From: Gemmatimonadales bacterium
GTDB taxonomy: Bacteria; Gemmatimonadota; Gemmatimonadetes; Gemmatimonadales; GWC2-71-9
Direction of reading: 5' to 3'
Length of the DNA stretch: 64,000 bases
NCBI GenBank assembly: GCA_035278885.1
Contig: DATEIR010000064.1
Location: 9,351-73,350, forward strand
Numbering within the stretch: the first letter of the stretch is position 1; each line of letters begins with the position of its first letter. This document shows, piece after piece, positions 8,834-18,031 of the stretch. The notes beneath the pieces were generated by a model. The model was not told the DNA's origin. It was given only the letters and a program-made list of their open reading frames with translations, and ran no database searches. The position numbers and the translations under genes are program-made.

Positions 8834-9714
8834 TGCCCACGCTCGCCGAACGGCTCGAGTGGGGACTGATCCCGGCCGTGCCGGCGCCGTTTCGCGGGGC
8901 GGCGATGGACCACGATGCCCTGCGAGGATACGCCCGCTGGATGGCCGGTCAGCCCGTCGCCGGCGTAGCCGTCTGGGCCCACACCGGCCGAGGCCCGCAT
9001 CTCTCGACCGACGATCGGCGGGCGGTGCTCGAGGCATGGCGCGAGGCCATGCCCGACCGGGTCATCGTGGCCGGCGCGCGGGACGTCACGATGGCGATCG
9101 ACGCCCGGCGTGGCCGCGCCGACGCGCTGCTCGCCTTTCCCCAGCGGCACGATCCGGTCCCCTATCATCGCCGGCTCGGTCGGGAGCTGCCGGTGCTGGC
9201 GTTCTACCTCTACGAGGCCGCCGGAGGTGTGGCCTACGACGACGCCACGCTGCACGCGATCCTCGATCTGCCCGAGGTGCTCGGGATCAAGGTCGCGACC
9301 CTCGATTCGGTGATGACCTACCAGCGCATCGCCGCGGTCCTCCGGAGCCACCCCGACAAGCTCCTCGTCACCGGCGAAGATCGCTTCCTCGGCTACTCGA
9401 TCACGATGGGCGCGCACGCCGCGCTGGTCGGCATGGGCGCGGCTCTGCCGGACCTCCAGGCCGAGCTGCTCCGGAGCTGGGCGGAGCGCGACCTCGACCG
9501 CTTCGCCGAACTGTCCGAGCTGTGCGATCGCCTGGCGCAGGTGACCTTCATCGAGCCGATGGAGGGCTATATCCGCCGCATGCTCTGGGCCGCGGCCGCG
9601 GACGGGGCGTTGGCGCCGCAAGCCTGCGACGATCCGTGGGGTCCGGCGCTGCCCGAGGCGGAGCGGACCGCGGTGGAAGCCATGGTGCGGAGTGCGCGAG
9701 CGGCTCGCGCGTGA
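8833..9714 (+). CDS. Dihydrodipicolinate synthase/N-acetylneuraminate lyase (DapA) family protein
   Basis: In-frame ATG at 8833 (TGATG overlap) inside ORF 8167..9714. Motifs VWAHTGRG, VLAFYLYE and VLGIKVATLD (Schiff-base lysine context) are present. Confidence 0.65.
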   Translation: MPTLAERLEWGLIPAVPAPFRGAAMDHDALRGYARWMAGQPVAGVAVWAHTGRGPHLSTDDRRAVLEAWREAMPDRVIVAGARDVTMAIDARRGRADALLAFPQRHDPVPYHRRLGRELPVLAFYLYEAAGGVAYDDATLHAILDLPEVLGIKVATLDSVMTYQRIAAVLRSHPDKLLVTGEDRFLGYSITMGAHAALVGMGAALPDLQAELLRSWAERDLDRFAELSELCDRLAQVTFIEPMEGYIRRMLWAAAADGALAPQACDDPWGPALPEAERTAVEAMVRSARAARA

Positions 9715-10849
9715 CTTCGAGCGCTTCGCGCGCGGCCTCCCGGCCGACTTTCCCGGGTACGTGCGGGAAGGCTACCGGATCGACCTCAGCGCTCGCTACC
9801 TCGGCTACGCCCTGCCGCACCCGATCGGGAAAGGCTCGGGCCAGCTCAGCCTGAACCTCGACCAGCTCGAGACCGATCGCGCGGCCGGGCTCGCCTTCGT
9901 GGTGCTCAAGACCGTGATCGCGGAGGACCCGTCGGGCAGCCGCACCATGGGCGCCTGGGCGATCCACGAAACCAGGATGAAGGTCGAGCCGATCCGCTCC
10001 GTGTCCGGGCGGTCGGGTTGGACGGTCACCTGGAAGGGGCGGGGCTGGGACCGCTCCTTCGACGACTACCTGGCGCTGGTGCGCGCCGCGGGCGACTTGA
10101 CCCGGAGCGGTTTTCCCGCCGTCCCGTCGGCCAAGTTCCATCTGCCGCTTCTGGACGAGCCGTTCCGCGGCTCCGAATACCACCATACGACGGCGGCGCT
10201 CGCCCGCGCGTGGGGCGAGCCCGCCCTGGCGCTGGAGAAAGACTTCTCCCCCACCCTGGCCGGCGATCCGCTGGCCGACGAGCGCGGCCGGGTGCTCCGC
10301 TGGCTCGCGGAGGTTCCCCGGGAGATCCGCGCCGCTGCGGGCGACACGCCGGTTCGCCTGGCCCTCAAGCTGATGAACGCGCGCTACGACGACGATTTCC
10401 AGCTCGCCATGCTCGACGCGGCGGCAGGCGCGGATGCCCTGGTCTGCTTCAACCGGCTCTGGTCGGCGGAACGAGGCGTAGCTTACGGCGGGCCGGAGCT
10501 CTCGGAGCGAAATCTTCGAGTCCTGGCTGCCGCGGCCGGCCGCCGCCATCCTCCACTCGCCGGCACCGGGGACATCTGCTCCGGACGCCGGGTGCTGGAG
10601 TACGCCCGCGCCGGCTGTGAGTGCGTCCAGCTTCACACCTTCTTTCAGCTTCCGCTCTCGGAGTACCCCGCCACCGAGGGCTCCCGCACCGGCCGCGCGC
10701 TGCACGCGCTGGTGTTCCATCCGGAGCGCGGGCTGATCGCGGGGCTGCTGGAGCTGGAAGAGCAGGGCATCCTGCATCGCCAGAGGGGTGAGCTTCGCTT
10801 TCGGGACCTCGTGCCATCGCAGGCGACGGCGGCGAGGGCGGCGCCGTGA
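9692..10849 (+). CDS. Dihydroorotate/dihydropyrimidine dehydrogenase-like TIM-barrel oxidoreductase
   Basis: HPIGKGSGQLS, VVLKTV, LALKLMNA and GTGDICSGRRVLEYARAGCECVQL resemble the DHO_dh family layout. The gene overlaps the upstream gene by 23 nt. Confidence 0.6.
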   Translation: MRERLARDFERFARGLPADFPGYVREGYRIDLSARYLGYALPHPIGKGSGQLSLNLDQLETDRAAGLAFVVLKTVIAEDPSGSRTMGAWAIHETRMKVEPIRSVSGRSGWTVTWKGRGWDRSFDDYLALVRAAGDLTRSGFPAVPSAKFHLPLLDEPFRGSEYHHTTAALARAWGEPALALEKDFSPTLAGDPLADERGRVLRWLAEVPREIRAAAGDTPVRLALKLMNARYDDDFQLAMLDAAAGADALVCFNRLWSAERGVAYGGPELSERNLRVLAAAAGRRHPPLAGTGDICSGRRVLEYARAGCECVQLHTFFQLPLSEYPATEGSRTGRALHALVFHPERGLIAGLLELEEQGILHRQRGELRFRDLVPSQATAARAAP

Positions 10850-11997
10850 GGATCACCCGCGTCGAGCTCCGCCTGCTGCGGCTGCCGCTGGTCGAGCCGT
10901 TCATCATTTCCGGCGGCACCATGACCGAGCGGACGTCGCTCGTCGTCATCCTGCACGACGACGAAGGCAATCGCGGGTACGGCGAGTCGCCCCCGTTCGA
11001 GCTGCCCTTCTACTCCGACGAGACGCTGGCCGGCGCGCGCGATCTGCTGGAGCGGGTGCTGATCCCCCGGGTCCTCGGCAGCGACCCGGTTGGGCCGGAG
11101 GAGCTCGACCGCGCCCTCCGCGTCGGGGTTCGCGGCAATGCGTTCGCGCGGGCCGCGCTCGACACCGCTGCCTGGGATCTGGAGGCCGCGCGGCGGGGCA
11201 CCGGGCTCGCGGTCCTCCTCGGCGAGCGCCTTGGCTGTGCGCCCGCGCGGGAGATTCCCTGCGGCGTGGCCCTGGGCATCCCGCAGGACCGCTCGACCGA
11301 CACGTTGCGGCGCTGGATCGCCGCTGCGGTAGGCCATGGGTATCGCCGGGTGAAGATCAAGGTGGCCCCCGGCTGGGATACCGAGGCGGTCGACGCCGCT
11401 CGGCGCGAGCTTGCCGGCACGCGGCTTCCCCTCACGGTGGACGGGAACGGGGCCTACGAATGGCCCGAGCACGAGCCGGCGCTGCGGACGATGGACGAGG
11501 CGGAGCTGCTCTACATCGAGCAGCCGCTCCACCCCGACGAGCTGGTCGGCCATGCCCGCCTCGCCGAGCGGCTCCGCACTCCGGTCTGTCTGGACGAGAC
11601 GCTCAGGGACGCCCGCGCGGCGAGGCAGGTACTCGAGCTCGGGGGTCCCCTGGTCTGGAACGTCAAGGTGCACCGCGTGGGCGGCCTGTCCGAGGTGGTC
11701 CGGATCGTGGCCCTCGCACGCCAGGCCGGCGCGCGGCTCTGGGCCGGCACCATGCCGGAATCGGGCCTGGGCTCCCAGGCGGCCCTGGCCGCCGCGGCCA
11801 TGCCGGAGTTCGTTTACCCATCGGATCTGGAGCCCAGCAGTCGGTGGTTCGGGCCCGGCAAGGATGTCGTCGAGCTGACCATGTCGGCCGAAGGTCGCAT
11901 GCCCGTCCCCCGGCAGCCGATCGAACGGCTGCTCGTGCCCGACCGGCTGGCCGAGGCGAGTGCGCCGCTCCTCGACCTCAGCGTCCGTCCGCGTTGA
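10846..11997 (+). CDS. Enolase-superfamily enzyme, o-succinylbenzoate synthase / N-acylamino-acid racemase type
   Basis: YRRVKIKV (KxK), TVDGNGAY, YIEQPL, CLDE and NVKVHRVGG match the MR/MLE catalytic residue pattern. There is a GTGA-type 4-nt overlap with the upstream gene. Confidence 0.8.
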   Translation: MRITRVELRLLRLPLVEPFIISGGTMTERTSLVVILHDDEGNRGYGESPPFELPFYSDETLAGARDLLERVLIPRVLGSDPVGPEELDRALRVGVRGNAFARAALDTAAWDLEAARRGTGLAVLLGERLGCAPAREIPCGVALGIPQDRSTDTLRRWIAAAVGHGYRRVKIKVAPGWDTEAVDAARRELAGTRLPLTVDGNGAYEWPEHEPALRTMDEAELLYIEQPLHPDELVGHARLAERLRTPVCLDETLRDARAARQVLELGGPLVWNVKVHRVGGLSEVVRIVALARQAGARLWAGTMPESGLGSQAALAAAAMPEFVYPSDLEPSSRWFGPGKDVVELTMSAEGRMPVPRQPIERLLVPDRLAEASAPLLDLSVRPR

Positions 11998-12064
11998 CGG
12001 CGCGCTTCCCGGCCCCTACACTCAAGCACCTACCGTGTGGTCGTATTCCGTGCCTGGAGGCATC

Positions 12065-12235
12065 GTGGTCGAATACGCCCTCGTCCTCGTGCACAGCTCC
12101 ATGGCCGGCCTGGGGCTGCTCACCCAGCAGGTCAACACCTGGATCGGTGACATCAACTGGGCCCTGGTGGGCTACGCTGCGCTCTGCCTGGTGGCGTTCC
12201 GTATCGCATTGTGGGCCTTCAAGATGCCGCAATAG
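12065..12235 (+). CDS. Hypothetical small membrane protein
   Basis: GGAGG lies 4 nt upstream of the in-frame GTG at 12065. The product VVEYALVLVHSSMAGLGLL...WALVGYAALCLVAFRIALWAF has two hydrophobic segments. The N-terminal EYALV is reminiscent of Flp-pilin motifs, but no tad genes are nearby. Confidence 0.3.
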   Translation: MVEYALVLVHSSMAGLGLLTQQVNTWIGDINWALVGYAALCLVAFRIALWAFKMPQ

Positions 12236-12341
12236 CCCGGAACTTCGCTCACCCGGCGCAGGTGATCTTCCCTACAGCCGTTCCCGACCCGGCAACGCAT
12301 CCTGAGACCGCGGGCTTACTTCAGTCCTCGGGAGGGATGTC

Positions 12342-12554
12342 ATGGATTCGAGCGTCGGGTTTCAGGTCTGGGCCGCCCGGCTCTGTCTCGCGACGGTGGT
12401 GGTCCTAGGGTGGGCCGGCATGTACTTCGAGAACATCCGCTTCATCGCTCCAGCCGCGGGCTTTCTGATTTTGGCGGTCGTATGCTATATGCATCGACCC
12501 GCCCCGTCGCCTGTGCGTCGGCTGAGCCCGTCGGGGCAGTGGCGGTCGTTCTAG
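12342..12554 (+). CDS. Hypothetical small membrane protein (2 TM)
   Basis: GGGAGGG is upstream of the ATG. There are two hydrophobic helices (LCLATVVVLGWAGMYF, FIAPAAGFLILAVVCYM). Confidence 0.4.
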   Translation: MDSSVGFQVWAARLCLATVVVLGWAGMYFENIRFIAPAAGFLILAVVCYMHRPAPSPVRRLSPSGQWRSF

Positions 12555-12555
12555 C

Positions 12556-12852
12556 GTGCCGCTGACGCGGGAGCAGGTGCGCGAGGCGGTCGAGCGCGCC
12601 GGCGACGAACAGTGGCAGGCGCTCATCCGCCACCACGAAGATGCCTATCCGGAGAGCCGTCCGACGCCGGGTGACGTCTGCAAAGCCGAGGCTGAGCGGC
12701 TCAACCAACTCGGCCTCGGCGACTCTTCGGAGCTGAAGCTGCTCGAGTCACGCGTGGAGCGTCTCGAGCGGTCGGTCCGCATGACTCATCTGTTCGAGTT
12801 CGGCCCGAAGAAGGCTCACCTCCTCACCGAGCCCTTCGAAGGGTACTCCTAG
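12556..12852 (+). CDS. Hypothetical protein
   Basis: The GTG start is 1 nt after the preceding stop. The product is a soluble, charged, helical-looking 98-aa protein. No family recognised. Confidence 0.4.
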   Translation: MPLTREQVREAVERAGDEQWQALIRHHEDAYPESRPTPGDVCKAEAERLNQLGLGDSSELKLLESRVERLERSVRMTHLFEFGPKKAHLLTEPFEGYS

Positions 12853-12881
12853 GCAGCGAGGTCGGCGGCTACTTTCTCCCC

Positions 12882-15485
12882 ATGCCGCGCACGACCTATC
12901 ACCTGATCCCCCACACTCACTGGGATCGGGAATGGTACCTCACCAGCGCAGAGTTCCTGCCTCGCCTCGTCTCCACGATCGACGACCTCGTGGAGCGGCT
13001 CGGCCGAGCACCCGGCTTTCGCGCGTTCCTCCTCGATGGTCAGACCGTGCTGGTAGAGGACTATCTCCGGGTCCGTCCGGAGCACGCGGACGCCCTCACG
13101 GAGCTGGTGCGGGCGGGGCGGCTGCAGGTGGGGCCCTGGTACGTCCTGGCCGACGAGCTCATCCCCTCCGGTGAGTCGCTGCTGCGCAACCTGCTCGCCG
13201 GCGCCGCCGACGCCGGTCGCCTGGGCGGGCGGCTCGACGTGCTTTACTCGCCCGACGCCTTCGGGCATCCCTCGGCGTGGCCGTCCCTCGCGGCCGAGTT
13301 CGGCATTCCCTACGGCGCGCTGTGGCGAGGCCTGGGCGGCGAGCCCGGGCAGCAGGGGGATCTCTACCGCTGGCGCGATCGGGCCGGCCGCGAGGTGCGC
13401 CTTTATCACCTGCCGCCCGATGGGTATGAAGTCGGCGCCGCGCTGCCCTCCGATCCGGTGAAGCTCCGCGACGCCTGGGCCGCGATCGGTCCGGCGCTCC
13501 GGGCCCGCTCCACCACCGGCCACGTTGCCGTGTTCGTCGGAGCCGACCACCACGCGGCCCACCCGGACCCCGACGCCCTTCGGTCCGCGCTGACGAAGCT
13601 GGAGCCGGACGCCGACGTCCGGATCTCCCGGCTGGATGAGTTCCTGCGGGCCGCCTGGGAGGACGCGCCGAAGTCGGTGCCGGTGTTGACGGGTGAGCTG
13701 CGCTGGTCCTACGGCTATACCTGGACGCTGCAGGGCGTGCACGGCACCCGAGCGCCGCTCAAGCGCCGCCATGCGGAGGCCGAGCTCCGTCTGGAGCGGC
13801 TGGCCGAGCCCCTGGCCGCGCTCGATCGCTGGCGCCGTGGCCACGATCGCCGACCGATCCTCGACGCCGCCTGGCGCACGCTGATCCGAACTCAGTTTCA
13901 CGACTCGCTAGGTGGCTGCACTTCCGACCCAGTCGCCCGGCGCGTACTGGCCCGGGTCGAGGACGCCGCCGCGATCGGCGCCGAGCTGGAGCGCGCGGCG
14001 CTCCACTCGCTCGCGGGCTACGATCCCGACGCGGCGCGTGATGCGCCCGGGCAGGTCCGACCGGAGCTCCTGCTGTGGAATCCGGTGCCGCGCGCCAGGG
14101 CCGGGGTGGTCGTGGCCGACCTCGGCTGGTTCCGCCGCGACGTGCTGGTCGGGCCGCCCGGAGCACGAAGGCCCCGGACGGCGCCCGCGCCGTCGGAGCG
14201 CGAGCTCTCCGCCGTGCTCGGCGGCGCTCCGTACCAGGTCCTCGGCCGGCGTCGGAGGCACGATCGGCTCGACTCCGCGAGACACTATCCGGACCAGGAC
14301 GTGGTCGAGCTCGTGCGGGTGGCACTCGCGGTGCCGGAGTCACCCGGGTTCGCCCTGACTCGGCCCCGCGGGTGCGACGCTCCCGCGGCAGTTCGCGCGG
14401 TCGACGGCGGCATCGGGAACGGCCGACTCGCCGTCGGGGTCGATCGTGGTCGAATCTGGCTCCGGGACCTCGCCAAGGCACTCGAGCTTCCCTCGCTCTT
14501 CAGCCTCGAATCGGAGCCGGACGCGGGTGACACCTACACCTTCGCCCGCGGGAGTGGCCGGACGGAGTCATCGAGTCGCTGGGAGGTGCCGACTGTGCTG
14601 GCTGAGGGCCCGCTCGTCGGCGCCATCGAGACTCGGACTCGGCTGCTGGATGGGCGGGTCTCCGTGCGGCTGATCCTCTCCCTGCAGGCCGGCAGTGACG
14701 CGCTGCGCTGCACGCTCGAGCTGGACAATCAGGCGCGGGATCATCGCCTGCGGCTCCGCTGCGCCGCCGGAGGAAGGGTGCAGGGGACCACGGCAGGCGC
14801 GGCGTTCGGCGTCGCCCGGCGGAAGGTCGCCGCTCCGGACGGCAGGTACCCGAAGGAGACGCCGGTCGCTACCGCGCCCGCGCAGCGCTTCGTCGCGGCC
14901 CACACGCAAGAGGCAGGTGTAGCGGTGTTCGCGCCAGGCTTCTTCGAATACGAGGCCGGCGAGACATCGCTGTTCGTCACCCTGCTCCGAGCCGTGGGGC
15001 AGCTCTCTCGCGACGATCTGCCGACCCGCCCGGGCCACGCCGGCTGGCCAACCCCGGTGCCCGACGCGCAGTGTCTCGGCGCGGAGCGACTGCAGCTCGG
15101 AGTGACCCTCGCATCATCCGACTCCACTCCGTCGGCCCTGGCCCGGACCTGGGAGGATCTCTTCCTGCCCCCGCGCGCGGTCTGGATCCGGCAGTCGCTC
15201 GGGCTGGATCCGGTCCGAGGCGGCCTGGAGCTGCGTGCAGACGAACTGGTTTTCTCGGCGCTGAAGCCGTCGGCCGACGGCCGGAGCATGATCCTCCGCT
15301 GCTACAACCCGGGCGACCGGCGCGCCGACGGCGTAGCGGTCTTCGACCCGCCGGTGCGTGCCGCCGTCCGAGTCACCGCCGACGAGCGTGAAGTCGCACC
15401 GGTGACACTCGCCCCGGACAGGCGGCACGTGTCGCTCGCGGTGGACCCGGGTGAGATTGTGAGTCTCCGAGTCGATCCGGAATAG
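12882..15485 (+). CDS. Glycoside hydrolase family 38 alpha-mannosidase
   Basis: HLIPHTHWDREWY, GQTVLVEDY, GPWYVLADE and YSPDAFGH are hallmark GH38 N-domain motifs. Confidence 0.85.
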   Translation: MPRTTYHLIPHTHWDREWYLTSAEFLPRLVSTIDDLVERLGRAPGFRAFLLDGQTVLVEDYLRVRPEHADALTELVRAGRLQVGPWYVLADELIPSGESLLRNLLAGAADAGRLGGRLDVLYSPDAFGHPSAWPSLAAEFGIPYGALWRGLGGEPGQQGDLYRWRDRAGREVRLYHLPPDGYEVGAALPSDPVKLRDAWAAIGPALRARSTTGHVAVFVGADHHAAHPDPDALRSALTKLEPDADVRISRLDEFLRAAWEDAPKSVPVLTGELRWSYGYTWTLQGVHGTRAPLKRRHAEAELRLERLAEPLAALDRWRRGHDRRPILDAAWRTLIRTQFHDSLGGCTSDPVARRVLARVEDAAAIGAELERAALHSLAGYDPDAARDAPGQVRPELLLWNPVPRARAGVVVADLGWFRRDVLVGPPGARRPRTAPAPSERELSAVLGGAPYQVLGRRRRHDRLDSARHYPDQDVVELVRVALAVPESPGFALTRPRGCDAPAAVRAVDGGIGNGRLAVGVDRGRIWLRDLAKALELPSLFSLESEPDAGDTYTFARGSGRTESSSRWEVPTVLAEGPLVGAIETRTRLLDGRVSVRLILSLQAGSDALRCTLELDNQARDHRLRLRCAAGGRVQGTTAGAAFGVARRKVAAPDGRYPKETPVATAPAQRFVAAHTQEAGVAVFAPGFFEYEAGETSLFVTLLRAVGQLSRDDLPTRPGHAGWPTPVPDAQCLGAERLQLGVTLASSDSTPSALARTWEDLFLPPRAVWIRQSLGLDPVRGGLELRADELVFSALKPSADGRSMILRCYNPGDRRADGVAVFDPPVRAAVRVTADEREVAPVTLAPDRRHVSLAVDPGEIVSLRVDPE

Positions 15486-15530
15486 ACCCGAGGCCCTGCC
15501 TGGATCTCGCCGGCCGCGCTATGTTCTCGC

Positions 15531-15890
15531 ATGCCTCGACGGCCCGAGCTCCCGAAGCTCCCCTGCTATCCCTGTCCCCACCGATCCGCCTGCTGCGCCT
15601 ACGGCGTCACCCTCAGCGACGTCGAGGCGGCCGAGATCGCGCGGGAGCACGGGGCCGGCACGGTCTATCGGACCCGCTGGGGTGAGTGGCGGACCCGGGT
15701 GCGCGGCGGCCGATGCGTCTTTCTCCGGGACAACGTGTGCACCATCCATGCGCGCCCGTACTACCCCGCCGTCTGCCGCGGATTCCCCTGGGTCGATGCC
15801 GAGACCGGCGGACCCTACGAGTTCGACCGCACCATCTGTCCTGAGTTCGTGCTCCGCCCCGAGCTCGTGCACATCCATCCGCCGTCGTGA
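15531..15890 (+). CDS. YkgJ-family cysteine-cluster (CxxCxxCC-type) protein
   Basis: CYPCPHRSACC near the N-terminus plus CVFL...NVCTIH...PAVCRGFP. Confidence 0.65.
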   Translation: MPRRPELPKLPCYPCPHRSACCAYGVTLSDVEAAEIAREHGAGTVYRTRWGEWRTRVRGGRCVFLRDNVCTIHARPYYPAVCRGFPWVDAETGGPYEFDRTICPEFVLRPELVHIHPPS

Positions 15891-17149
15891 GCCGTGAGCG
15901 CCGCACCTGCGCCCTCGCGCTGCTCCTGATGGTCGCAGGTGCGGCGGAGCCCGGCGCCCTGAGCGCCCAGGACGATCCCGCGCTGGCCCGGGCGCGTCGG
16001 CTGCTCGCGTCCACGCCGCTCATCGATGGCCACAACGACCTGGCCTGGGAGATCCGGACCTCGTCCACCGCGCCGCGGGACGTCGCGGCCTACGACCTTC
16101 GCACCACCACGCCGGGCCACACCGATCTCGCCCGGCTGCGGTCGGGGCAGGTGGGCGCGCAGTTCTGGTCGATCTACGTGCCGGGAGAAGTGCGGGACAG
16201 CGGCTACGCCCGGATCCAGCTCGAGGAGTTCGACCTGGCCCGCCGCTTCATCGCCCGCTATCCCGACCGGCTCGCCCTCGCCCTCTCGGCCGACGATATC
16301 GAGCGTGAGTTCAAGCGGGGGCGGGTCGCCTCGCTGCTCGGCATGGAGGGCGGGCACGTGCTGGAGAACTCCCTCGGCGCGCTGCGGGCCTACTACGACC
16401 TCGGCGCGCGGTATCTCACCCTCACCCACAACGTCACGCTCGACTGGGCCGACGCGGCCGCCGACTCCGCCCGCCACGGCGGGCTCACCGAATTCGGCAG
16501 GGAAGTGGTGCGGGAGATGAACCGCCTGGGGATGCTGGTGGATCTCTCGCACGTCTCGCCCGGTACGATGAGCGACGCGCTCGACGTGACCGAAGCACCG
16601 GTCATCTTCTCCCACAGCTCGGCCCGGGCGCTCACCGAGCACGTACGGAACGTCCCCGACTCGATCCTGATCCGGCTCAAGGCCAACGGCGGCGTGGTCA
16701 TGGTGACGTTCGTGGACGCCTTCGTGTCCCAGGACGTGGCCGACTGGGAGCTGCGCCACGGCGACGAGCTCGCCCGGGCGCAGGCGGCCGGCGCCGACAC
16801 CACGACGCGCATGCGCGACTGGGCCCAGGCGAACCCGCGGCCCAGGGCCACGCTCGCCCAGGTGGCCGACCATCTGGATCACGTCCGGCAGGTCGCCGGG
16901 CCGGATCACGTCGGGATCGGAAGCGACTTCGACGGCTTCGACAATCCGCCGGTCGGGCTGGAGGACGTCAGCCGTTTTCCCTACCTGTTCGCCGAGCTGA
17001 TCCGGCGCGGCTGGAGCGACGACGATCTGCGGAAGCTCGCGGGGGGGAACCTGCTGCGCGTGCTGCGTCGGGCCGAAGCGACCGCGGCGCGTCTCCGTCG
17101 CGAGCGGGAGCCCTCCACCCGCACCATCGAGCAGCTCGACCGCCCCTAA
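15887..17149 (+). CDS. Membrane dipeptidase (peptidase M19)
   Basis: Signal-like N-terminus, then LIDGHNDLAWEIR, LTLTHN, VDLSHVS, FSHSSARAL and GIGSDFDG. Confidence 0.85.
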   Translation: MSRERRTCALALLLMVAGAAEPGALSAQDDPALARARRLLASTPLIDGHNDLAWEIRTSSTAPRDVAAYDLRTTTPGHTDLARLRSGQVGAQFWSIYVPGEVRDSGYARIQLEEFDLARRFIARYPDRLALALSADDIEREFKRGRVASLLGMEGGHVLENSLGALRAYYDLGARYLTLTHNVTLDWADAAADSARHGGLTEFGREVVREMNRLGMLVDLSHVSPGTMSDALDVTEAPVIFSHSSARALTEHVRNVPDSILIRLKANGGVVMVTFVDAFVSQDVADWELRHGDELARAQAAGADTTTRMRDWAQANPRPRATLAQVADHLDHVRQVAGPDHVGIGSDFDGFDNPPVGLEDVSRFPYLFAELIRRGWSDDDLRKLAGGNLLRVLRRAEATAARLRREREPSTRTIEQLDRP

Positions 17150-17862
17150 GGCGCCCGCCGCGCACCACCGCCTCTCGCCACCACCACCACGGCGAAGGCG
17201 ACTCCCATGGCCGCGAAGAGGAACCATTGCACCGCGTAGTTCAGGTGCGGTCCGTCGTCCACCTCCGGGGGGTCGAGCCGCCGCGGATAGCGGGGCAGCG
17301 CGCTGTCGGGCGCCTGCCGGAGCACCACCGGGAGCAAGGGATAGGGCAGGGCATCGCGCAGGGCGGGCAGGTCCAGTCGGGCCCAGGTGGAGCGCCCCTC
17401 CACCTCGAGCGGCCGACCTCCCCCGCTCCCGATCGGCTCCGCCAAGCCCGTCACCCGGTGCTCGCCCGGCTCCTCCAGCGGCCCGAGGTCCGCCCGCACC
17501 GCGTCAGGGGCGGGGACGAATCCGCGGAGCACGAGGAGCGCGGTGTCGCTCCCCGCCAGCCGCAGTGGGGTCACCACGTAGATGCCGGGCGTCTCGAGGT
17601 ACGCCTGTCCCCGGAGCACGAGATCGTGCTTCCCGTCGTATCGTCCGGTCGCCTCCAGGCGGCGGTACGAGAGGCTTGCCGAATCCCGCCGACCGGGCTC
17701 GTTCAGCGTGATTCGTGGTTCAATCCCGGCCCGGATGATCGCCGCGTTGAGGGCGCGCCGCTGGTGCAGCCGGGAGAGCTGCCAAAACCCCAGGCGGGCG
17801 AACCCCGCCGAGACCAGCAGAAGCGCTGCGACGGCGGGCCAGCGCCAGCGGGATGACGTCAT
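17146..17862 (-). CDS. SURF1 family (cytochrome oxidase assembly) protein
   Basis: In-frame ATG at 17862 gives MTSSRWRWPAVAALLLVSAGFARLGFWQLSRLHQRR... and C-terminal HLNYAVQWFLFA. Both are SURF1 hallmarks. The stop overlaps the convergent dipeptidase stop (CTAA). Confidence 0.75.
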   Translation of the reverse strand: MTSSRWRWPAVAALLLVSAGFARLGFWQLSRLHQRRALNAAIIRAGIEPRITLNEPGRRDSASLSYRRLEATGRYDGKHDLVLRGQAYLETPGIYVVTPLRLAGSDTALLVLRGFVPAPDAVRADLGPLEEPGEHRVTGLAEPIGSGGGRPLEVEGRSTWARLDLPALRDALPYPLLPVVLRQAPDSALPRYPRRLDPPEVDDGPHLNYAVQWFLFAAMGVAFAVVVVARGGGARRAP

Positions 17863-18031
17863 GGTGTCTGCAAAGGAGGACGGTCGGCGCCGCGGAACGA
17901 AACGATCCATCCGGGTAAGTGCCAGAACGGCAACGACATCAGAAATGCTGCCATGGAGGTCCGAGGTTTGCCGTAGGCTGGGCGGGTCAGTCCGCAGTCC
18001 GTCCGGAACATACCACGACCGAGGAGCCGCC

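Noticed and set aside
12065-12235. Flp-family pilin call
   Set aside because: Only a short EYALV resemblance supports it. There is no leader with a G/xxxxEY processing context that I can align confidently, and no tad/cpa genes nearby. I kept it as a hypothetical small membrane protein.
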